Source: Longimicrobiales bacterium
GTDB lineage: Bacteria; Gemmatimonadota; Gemmatimonadetes; Longimicrobiales; Gaopeijiaceae
DNA length: 64,000 nucleotides
Reading direction: 5' to 3'
NCBI GenBank assembly: GCA_965249725.1
Contig: CBDFMQ010000002.1
Location: 1,888,001-1,952,000, forward strand
In this document: piece by piece, positions 56,932 through 64,000 of the stretch
How positions within the stretch are numbered: position 1 is the stretch's first letter
Layout of the letters: the number at the start of each line of letters is the position of its first letter
The notes under the pieces: model-generated
Told to the model about the DNA's origin: nothing
The model's input: the letters and a program-made list of their open reading frames with translations, nothing else
Database searches by the model: none
Made by a program: the position numbers and the translations under genes

Positions 56932-58271
56932 ATGCGTTTGGTGATCGTAGTGGGCGGCGGCGAGGTCGGCTTCCATCTCGCTGAGCGTCTTTCCGAAGAG
57001 ATTCAAGACGTCGTGCTGATCGACTCCAGCGCGGAACGAGCCGAGGACGTGGGCAATCGGCTCGACATCATGACGGTCGTCGGCAACGGGGCCTCCCTGT
57101 CCGTTCTCGAAAAGGCGGGCATAAAGGACGCCAAGATGGTGTTGGCCGTGACGAGCGTCGATGAGGTCAACCTCATCGCGAGCCTCGCCGCGCGGCGACT
57201 CGGGGTCGAATACGTGGCCGCCCGCATCTCGAGCCCGGAGTACTATGAGCGCGGTAGTGTGCTCTCGCGTGACGACCTCGGGATCGACCTGATGATCAAC
57301 CCCGAGCGCGAGTGCGCGCGCGAGACTTTCGAGTTGATTCGGAGTGAGGTAGCGACGGAAGTCGCCTCGTTTGCCGGTGGCCGAGTGCGCCTGCTCGGTC
57401 TCAAGGTCCGTGAGGGTGCTCGGGTGGCGGGGAAGTCGTTGAAACAGCTCGGAGCGGAGCTCGCCGACCATCACTACGTCACGGCCGCGATTCAGCGCGG
57501 GAAGGAGACCATCCTTCCGGGCGCCGACGATAGGATCGAGGCCGGGGACCACGTCTATCTGCTCTCTCCCCAGGGTGAGCTGGACGACATTCCTCCGGCT
57601 ATGAGCCGTTCAAGCTCCAGCGGGTCATGATCGCGGGCGGCACGCAGGAGGCCTTCCATATCGCGGAGCTGCTCGCGCAGCACGGCGTCGAGGCGACGAT
57701 CATCGACAGTGACCGGAAGCGCTGCCTCGAACTCGCCGAGGCGCTGCCCAAGGCGCTGGTGCTCAACGGAGACGCCACGGACCTGGAGCTGCTGGAGATG
57801 GAGGGCGTGGCCGGGATGGACGCCTTCGTGGCGAGCACCGGAAACGATCAGACGAACCTGCTGTCCAGTCTGCTGGCCAAGACGGTGGGCGCCAGGAAGG
57901 TCGTGTCGCTGATCGACGACTTCTCCTACCTGCACTTGATCCCGCGCCTGGACATCGACGCGTCGGTCTCGCCGCGGCTATCCACGGTGAACGCCATTCT
58001 CCGTGACGTGCGCGGGCAGAGTATCACTAGCGTCGCGACGCTGAAGGGGATCGACGCGGAGGCCATCGAGTTCGAGGTGGGTGAGGGGTCGAAGATGGTG
58101 GGCAAGCGATTGGGTGACGTGCACTTCCCCCACGGGGGGATCGTCGGCTTGCTGGTCCGGGGCGAGGAGGTCTTCGCACCTCAGGGCGACACCGAGTTCA
58201 TGGTGGGTGACATTGCGGTCGTGTTCGCTCTGCCGACCTGCATCCGCGACATCGAGAAGCTGTTCGCCTGA
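56932..58271 (+). CDS. trkA: Trk potassium uptake NAD-binding subunit, frameshifted near 57595
   Basis: 'VVGGGEVGFHLA..L', 'GNGAS..L..AG', 'INPE'; second RCK 'RVMIAGG..GDATD..LL..EG' lies in another frame. Confidence 0.9.
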
Positions 58272-59773
58272 TGTCCATCCGACACCTGCTCAACATCATC
58301 GGGCTGCTACTCGTCTTCATATCCATCGCCATGGCGGCCACCGGCGTCGGAGCCTCGTTCTTCGAAGACGGGGCTGCTTCCGCGCTATTCGCCTCTGCGG
58401 GTATTACGCTCTTGGTGGGGCTCGTTACGTACGTCATGACGAGGTTCGAGCGGGAGCCGCTCACCGCCCGCGAGGGCTACGCCATCGTCACGTTTGCGTG
58501 GACCGCCCTCGCTGTTTTCGGTGCCCTTCCGTTCCTGCTTTCCGGCACCCTGGATGGGGTGGCCCCCGCGATCTTCGAAGCGATGTCCGGGTTCACGACC
58601 ACGGGGGCTACGGTGTTTTCAGACATCGAAGCGCTCCCCGAGGGGATCCTCCTGTGGCGGTCGGTGACGCACTGGATCGGCGGCATGGGGATCATCGTGC
58701 TGGCCATTGCGATCCTCCCTTACATCGGCGTAGGTGGCATGCAGCTCTTTCGTGCCGAGGTCCCCGGACCCACGCCCGAACGTCTCAGGCCGCGCATCGC
58801 GCAGACCGCCAAGCTGTTGTGGGGGGTCTACGTGGGACTTACGGGTGTACAGATCGTGCTTTATCTGTTCGGGGGGATGTCCCTGTTCGATGCCGTGAAC
58901 CACGCGTTCGCGACCCTCGCCACCGGCGGATTCTCGACGAAGAACGCATCGATCGCCGGATTCGATTCGGCGTATATCCACTACGTGACGATCGTCTTCA
59001 TGTACATCGCCGGCGTGAACTTCGCGCTGCACTTCAGAGCCGCGACGGGACACATAGAGTACTTCAAGGATGAGGAGTGGCAGTTCTTCACGATGGTGAT
59101 CGTCGGGGCTGGCCTGTTTCTGATGGTCAGCAACCTGATGGCCGGCGGCTACGGGCTCACCGCGTCCGGCATGGAGCACGCGTTTCGGGACGGCATGTTC
59201 CAAGCGGTGGCGATCACCACCACGACCGGATTCGTGTCCGCCGACTTCGAGATGTGGACGCCGGCCGCTCAGGGGCTGCTCGTCACGCTGATGTTCGTCG
59301 GCGGCATGGCCGGGTCGACGGGCGGCGGCATCAAGGCGGGGCGGGTGTTGGTCCTGCTTCGGCACACCGCAAGCGAGATCCGAAAGCACCTGCATCCGCG
59401 AGCGATCCTGATGGTGCGGGTCGGGAAGCGGGTGGTGCGCGAGGACGTCCTGCTGAACATCCTTGGTTTCGTGAGCCTCTACATCTTGCTCGTGCTCTTC
59501 GGGGGCATGCTGCTCACTTTCTTCGGGATGGACATTCTGACGGCGGTCGGTGCCAGCGCCGCGTCCGTCGGCAACATCGGCCCCGGGCTCGGAGGTGTTG
59601 GTGCGACCGACAACTACGGGTGGATCACCGATCCCGGTCTCGTTGTGATCACGTTTCTGATGCTGGTGGGGCGACTGGAGATCTACACGGTGCTGCTGCT
59701 CTTCCACCCCGACACGTGGAAGCGACAGCACGCCCAGACGAGTGAGACGCACATCGTGCGTCCCCGGAAGTAG
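58271..59773 (+). CDS. trkH: Trk potassium uptake permease
   Basis: 'FEAMSGFTTTGAT', 'WIGGMGI', 'TGGFS', 'GSTGGGIK', 'NIGPG', 'GRLEI'. Confidence 0.95.
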   Translation: MSIRHLLNIIGLLLVFISIAMAATGVGASFFEDGAASALFASAGITLLVGLVTYVMTRFEREPLTAREGYAIVTFAWTALAVFGALPFLLSGTLDGVAPAIFEAMSGFTTTGATVFSDIEALPEGILLWRSVTHWIGGMGIIVLAIAILPYIGVGGMQLFRAEVPGPTPERLRPRIAQTAKLLWGVYVGLTGVQIVLYLFGGMSLFDAVNHAFATLATGGFSTKNASIAGFDSAYIHYVTIVFMYIAGVNFALHFRAATGHIEYFKDEEWQFFTMVIVGAGLFLMVSNLMAGGYGLTASGMEHAFRDGMFQAVAITTTTGFVSADFEMWTPAAQGLLVTLMFVGGMAGSTGGGIKAGRVLVLLRHTASEIRKHLHPRAILMVRVGKRVVREDVLLNILGFVSLYILLVLFGGMLLTFFGMDILTAVGASAASVGNIGPGLGGVGATDNYGWITDPGLVVITFLMLVGRLEIYTVLLLFHPDTWKRQHAQTSETHIVRPRK

Positions 59774-59786
59774 CAGAGAGTAGGAT

Positions 59787-61763
59787 ATGTCCCGGTTGCT
59801 GTTCGCTGCACTGCTTCTCGTCGGATCGATCCCTCGGCCTGGAGCGGCGCAGGCGCCCGCCTCGGCCCCAGCGCGGATCACCGAAGAGGTGACCACGCTC
59901 CCCACGTACCCCTTCTCGGAGCCGAACCCCGTTCCGATTCTGAGTCGGGATCCCCGCCTCTACCCGTATCACTCGTTCGATGGCTACTCCGCCACGGCCG
60001 AGCCTCGGGAGTGGAAGGTCGTGCGGTTGGAGAACGACTTCATCGAGGTGTTCGTGCTGCCGGAAGCCGGGGGCAAGGTCTGGGGCGCGGTGGTCAAGGA
60101 GACCGGCCACGAGTTCATCTATCGCAACGAAGTGATGAAGTTCAGGAACATCGCGCTCCGCGGTCCGTGGACCTCGGGCGGGATCGAATTCAACTTCGGC
60201 GTCATCGGGCACACTCCGGCCACGGCGACTCCGGTCGATTACGTGATCCGGGAGAATCCGGACGGGAGCGTCAGCTGTTGGGTCGGCGGGATGGACCCGC
60301 CCTCGCGGACGCACTGGCGGGTCGAGATCAGGTTGCCCGCGGATCGCGCGTACTTCGAGACCAACGTGCTCTGGTACAACCCGACCCCACTGGAGCAGCC
60401 CTACTACAACTGGATGACGGCGGCGGCGTTCGCTCAGGACGACCTGGAGATGTCGATCCCGGGAGACGCCTTCCTGACCCATCCGGGCGGCGAGCGATCG
60501 TGGCCGTTGGATGACCAGGGCCGTTCTCTGCCCCTGTACGACAACAACCGCTTCGGCGGCAGCAAGTCGTACCACGTCGTGGGGGAGTTGAACGACTTCT
60601 TCGGCGGCTACTTCCACGAAGAGGACTACGGATTCGGACACTGGGCCCGATACGAGGACATGCCGGGTCAGAAGCTCTGGCTGTGGGCCCTCTCCCGCCA
60701 AGGCGGCATCTGGGAGGATCTGCTCACCGACACCGACGGGCAGTACATCGAGTTCCAGGCCGGCCGGCTCTTCGTGCAGTATCAGCCGGGGGACGAGAGG
60801 AATCCCATTACCCAGGCGGCGTTCGATCCGATGTCCGCCAGCCGATGGACGGAGACGTGGTTTCCGTTGGAGGAGACGGGTGGGCTCACCGACGCGTCTC
60901 GCGACGGGGCCATGTACGTCTCACACGAGGGTGATCGGCTCGCCATCACCGTCAATGCGTTCGGTGCCGTCGAAGACACGCTCAAGGTCTGGTCTGAGGA
61001 TCGACTCGTGACCTCGATTCCGGTGGATCTCGAGGTGCTGGACCCATTCCGGGCCGCGGTGGAAGTGCCGGCCGGCGGTTCCTACCGTGTCCAACTCCGT
61101 GCTCTCGGACTCGACTACGATTCGGATCCGTCCGGTCGCCTTCTCGGGCGGCCGTTCAGCACGGATCCAGGGGCCGTGTCGGACACTCCCGAGGCCGATC
61201 GCGTGGTCTTTCAGGCCAAGGAACTCCTCAAGGGGCGGCGACACGGAGCGGCCCGTGAGTTGTTCAACGCTGCGCTGAGCCTGGAGCCATGGAACCGCGA
61301 CGCTCATCTGGGGCTTGCGGAGCTCCTCTACAGGGCTGGGCTGAACGGTCCGGGATTGGACCACGTGAACCGGGTGCTGCAGCTGGACGCTTACGACGCG
61401 AAGGCCAACTTCCTGGCCGGTACGCTTTATCGGGCCCTGGAACGCACGGCCGACGCACGCGACGCCTTCGGATGGGCGGCACGCTCCACCGGGTATCGCT
61501 CGGCCGCGTACGCGCAGTTGGCGGAGATCATGATCGGCCAAAGTGAGTACGCCGAGGCTGCCCGGTACGCTCGGTTGGCCGTGGATTACGATCGGCACAG
61601 CGTTCCGGGGTGGCGAGTGCTGGCCATCGTCGGACGTCTGACGGGGGGCCGTGTGCTCGCGCGGGAGGCAGTGGACGAGCTGCTGACGGTTGATCAGCTC
61701 GGAGAGGAGTCGCGAAGCTTCGGCGGGCGAGAGCATCTCGATCGGCGTGTGCTCCCCTACTAG
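59787..61763 (+). CDS. DUF5107 plus TPR protein, probably 3'-truncated near 61690
   Basis: 'LENDFIEVFVLPEAGGK..', 'WTSGGIEFNF..H', 'GQKLWLW..W..LTD.DGQYIE.QAG', TPRs; the tail runs into virB4 antisense. Confidence 0.82.
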   Translation: MSRLLFAALLLVGSIPRPGAAQAPASAPARITEEVTTLPTYPFSEPNPVPILSRDPRLYPYHSFDGYSATAEPREWKVVRLENDFIEVFVLPEAGGKVWGAVVKETGHEFIYRNEVMKFRNIALRGPWTSGGIEFNFGVIGHTPATATPVDYVIRENPDGSVSCWVGGMDPPSRTHWRVEIRLPADRAYFETNVLWYNPTPLEQPYYNWMTAAAFAQDDLEMSIPGDAFLTHPGGERSWPLDDQGRSLPLYDNNRFGGSKSYHVVGELNDFFGGYFHEEDYGFGHWARYEDMPGQKLWLWALSRQGGIWEDLLTDTDGQYIEFQAGRLFVQYQPGDERNPITQAAFDPMSASRWTETWFPLEETGGLTDASRDGAMYVSHEGDRLAITVNAFGAVEDTLKVWSEDRLVTSIPVDLEVLDPFRAAVEVPAGGSYRVQLRALGLDYDSDPSGRLLGRPFSTDPGAVSDTPEADRVVFQAKELLKGRRHGAARELFNAALSLEPWNRDAHLGLAELLYRAGLNGPGLDHVNRVLQLDAYDAKANFLAGTLYRALERTADARDAFGWAARSTGYRSAAYAQLAEIMIGQSEYAEAARYARLAVDYDRHSVPGWRVLAIVGRLTGGRVLAREAVDELLTVDQLGEESRSFGGREHLDRRVLPY

Positions 61764-62330
61764 CGCCCGGCCCGCGTCCACCGTCGCGCGAAAGCGGGCG
61801 GCGGCGGCCTCGATCTCGGAAGAGAGGTAGGTCGGTGCGCCCCCTCGGCGGCGCTTCCACCACTGCGTCAGACGGGACGCCCTTCCCGATGGCGATCCGT
61901 CCGCGACCGTCCGTAGACGGGGATCGTGCGACCAGACCAGGTAGGCCTCGAGCTGCTGCACTCGCCCGGCCAGAAACGCACTCCGCTTCCGCTGCGACAC
62001 CGCTACGATGCCGGAGCCCTCGTCGTCCGCGGCCTCGGGCGAGACCGGCCGACGGAGCATATAGAAGTAGAGGCGCGTGTCAGAGTCCAACCCCGAGAGC
62101 AACCGCTGCCAGCGGCCGAGCACGCGGTCGATCTGTTCGGGCGAACGCCCGTCGACCACGGCGGGCGCCAGCCGGCCGGCCGCGATCAGCTCGCCGGACC
62201 GGGTCAGGCAGGTGCGGCCGTCCTCGAGCCAGCCCCAGTAGGGCAGCTCCTCGGCCAACGAGCCGGCCGCCTCGTGGTCCCTGAGCTCCGCGGCGATCCT
62301 CACCGCCCGCTCCGGATCACGAGATGCCAC
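61686..62330 (-). pseudogene. N-terminal fragment of a VirB4/TrbE-like T4SS ATPase
   Basis: Follows virB2/virB3; 'GSLAEELPYWGWL..TCLTRSGEL'; no Walker A; the ORF beyond about 61690 is antisense of the DUF5107 gene. Confidence 0.7.
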
Positions 62331-62602
62331 GGCTCATCGGCCCACTTGCCCGGGTCGAAACGCGACGGGTAGCGCGTCCCGGCGCGGAGCACGCCAAGCA
62401 TGTCCGGGTCTTTGCGGCCGGCCAGCCATCCGGCCCCAAAGCCGACCGCGAACACCACGCCGCCCGTCACGAGCGAAGCCGTCGCGTTCCACATCGCGAG
62501 CCCGAGCGTGGCGACGAGGAGAAACCCCCTACGCTCCACGCCCAGGATCGTCAGCGGACGGTTCAGCGCCGCATAGCCGGCCCAACGCCTGAGACCCCTC
62601 AT
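62300..62602 (-). CDS. VirB3/TrbD-like membrane protein
   Basis: 'ALNRPLTILGVER', two TM segments, 'RKDP'; ATG overlaps the pilin stop. Confidence 0.82.
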   Translation of the reverse strand: MRGLRRWAGYAALNRPLTILGVERRGFLLVATLGLAMWNATASLVTGGVVFAVGFGAGWLAGRKDPDMLGVLRAGTRYPSRFDPGKWADEPWHLVIRSGR

Positions 62603-62910
62603 CAGAACAGCCACGCCACGAAGTTCGCCGCGCCCATCGCCATCCCGAGACCGAAGATGATCCCGGCCAGCGTCCGCTTGCTCCCACCCTCGCCGAACGC
62701 GAACATCAGCCCGCCCACCACGATCGCAATCAGCGACAGCCCCCGAGCGATCGGGCCCGTGAACTGCGCCTGAAGCTCGTTGACCGCCTCTACCCACGGG
62801 CTCGTCCCCTGAGCCCACAGCACCCCGGGGAACAGCAACCACAGCGTGGCCCAGGCCGCCGCTCGTACCGTCCTTAACAAAGGTTGCATCGTCTGCTCCT
62901 TGGTCTCCAT
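62602..62910 (-). CDS. VirB2/TrbC pilin
   Basis: 'AQGTSPW..L..FTGPIARGLSLIAIVVGGLMFAFGEG'. Confidence 0.9.
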   Translation of the reverse strand: METKEQTMQPLLRTVRAAAWATLWLLFPGVLWAQGTSPWVEAVNELQAQFTGPIARGLSLIAIVVGGLMFAFGEGGSKRTLAGIIFGLGMAMGAANFVAWLF

Positions 62911-62922
62911 TGAATGCGTCGC

Positions 62923-63414
62923 TCACTCGGCTTCGCCGCGGCTCGCCACGATCCGCTGGCGGATCCACTCGTCCACCTCCGCCTCGATCCAGCCGACAGC
63001 GCGCGCGCCTAGCTGGACGGGTCTGGGGAAGGACCCCTCGGCCAGCCGCACGTAGATCGTGCTCCGCCCGAGCCCCGTGCGGGCTTGCACGGCCGGGAGC
63101 CGCACGATGCGGATCGGCACCTCCATTTCCTGCACCATGGTTCTCGTCATCGGTCTGCCTCTCCGTTCTCTCTGGGAAGAATCCCGGAGCTGGGTGCTCC
63201 GGGAGGAAACAGGGTCCACACCGGCCTCGTCGAAGCCTTCCATGAACGCCAGGAGCTGATCGGCCGTCGCGAGCGTCGGGGAGCGGCCATGGCGTAGCTC
63301 ACGCACCAGGTTCGGATCGCCCACCGCCTGCCGACCCAGCGTCGCCGGCGCCACTCCCGTGCGATCGAGGAACGCATCCACTCGCGCCATGAAAAGCCCC
63401 TTCAGCGTCTCCAT
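62923..63414 (-). CDS. Cro-like HTH fused to an AlpA-family excisionase/regulator
   Basis: 'GRQAVGDPNLV..LR.GRSPTL.TAD' followed by 'RLPAVQARTGLGRSTIY..FPRPVQLGARAVGW..EV..W'. Confidence 0.85.
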   Translation of the reverse strand: METLKGLFMARVDAFLDRTGVAPATLGRQAVGDPNLVRELRHGRSPTLATADQLLAFMEGFDEAGVDPVSSRSTQLRDSSQRERRGRPMTRTMVQEMEVPIRIVRLPAVQARTGLGRSTIYVRLAEGSFPRPVQLGARAVGWIEAEVDEWIRQRIVASRGEAE

Positions 63415-63461
63415 GCGAGGGACGGTGAAGGCACTTGCGCAACAATGTCAATCCGTAGGAA

Positions 63462-63865
63462 ATGACCGACGTTCTTAGTGGATCTATTGGAATTGAAGTA
63501 GAACAGCGGCCTCTCCGACCGCTCTGCCAGCGGGGCTCCGAGCAGGTGCCGGAGAGCCGCGCGAAGGTGTGGAGGGTCCGGGTCGCGATCGCTCAAGACG
63601 CGGCCTATCTGCAGCAGCGCAGCCGCTGCGGCAAACCCCGGATCCCGCCGCGGAAGGTGTTTCTACGCGAACCGAAGGCCCCCAGCGGGCCGCGCCGCGC
63701 AGACTACAGCGCGATTCGCGATATTGATGCCCGCGAGGTGGCGGGCCGCGGGAGGTGGTACGAAGGCTGACGCAAGCCGAGAAGGTGGCTCTTGACCGGT
63801 TCGCTAATTCGTCATGAATTCCGGGCCAAGCCTGAGGATCTGCCGGTGATCACCGTGGATGGAAT
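63462..63865 (+). pseudogene. Decayed S24/CI-like repressor, divergent from alpA
   Basis: One frame across the TGA at 63768: 'YSAIRDIDAREVAGRG..*..SLIRHEFRAKPEDLPVITVDG', resembling an S24 domain start but lacking DSMEP. Confidence 0.55.
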
Positions 63866-64000
63866 GCCTGAGCGGCCTATGTGGAATATATTCACGCATC
63901 TGGCCAGATTGGTTGCCTACCCGGTCATCCGCCGCCAGTTGGGCATCAACGGCTGGGAAGGAGACTCCGGTTAAGAAGCACTCGACCGCCGAGGGCACAA

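Noticed and set aside
60921..61685. C-terminal half of the 469-aa virB4-like ORF
   Set aside because: It is the antisense of the DUF5107/TPR gene and has no ATPase motifs.

Overview
High-GC bacterial chromosomal window. The lineage is probably Gemmatimonadota-like, inferred only from the gene families present (ADOP-type ABC permease, 'MSDPVTRLNA..LEGRY' Ser/Thr kinases, PD40-S9 peptidase, PQQ/cytochrome c dehydrogenase). It holds housekeeping, transport and secreted-protein genes, a minus-strand array of 17 intact tRNA genes (15223-18029) and a separate tRNA-Pro(GGG) at 22628. Downstream of that tRNA is a long accessory region punctuated by att-like tRNA fragments and homologous element-end sequences. 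There is also a toxin-antitoxin-rich segment with integron attC-like sites (45850-50020), a tRNA-Ile 3' fragment, trkAH, and the start of a decayed VirB2/B3/B4-AlpA conjugative element. The most striking signal is a family of 55-87 nt structured inserts (GCCGAGGCG-variable-CGCCGAGAC-hairpin). It occurs six times, always at the same T-loop position (GGTTCGA^ATCC), in duplicated copies or 3' fragments of four different tRNAs, and each cognate intact tRNA is also in the window. No integrase or transposase was recognised. Several genes carry 1-2 nt frameshifts that may be sequencing errors. All alignments and folds were done by eye.
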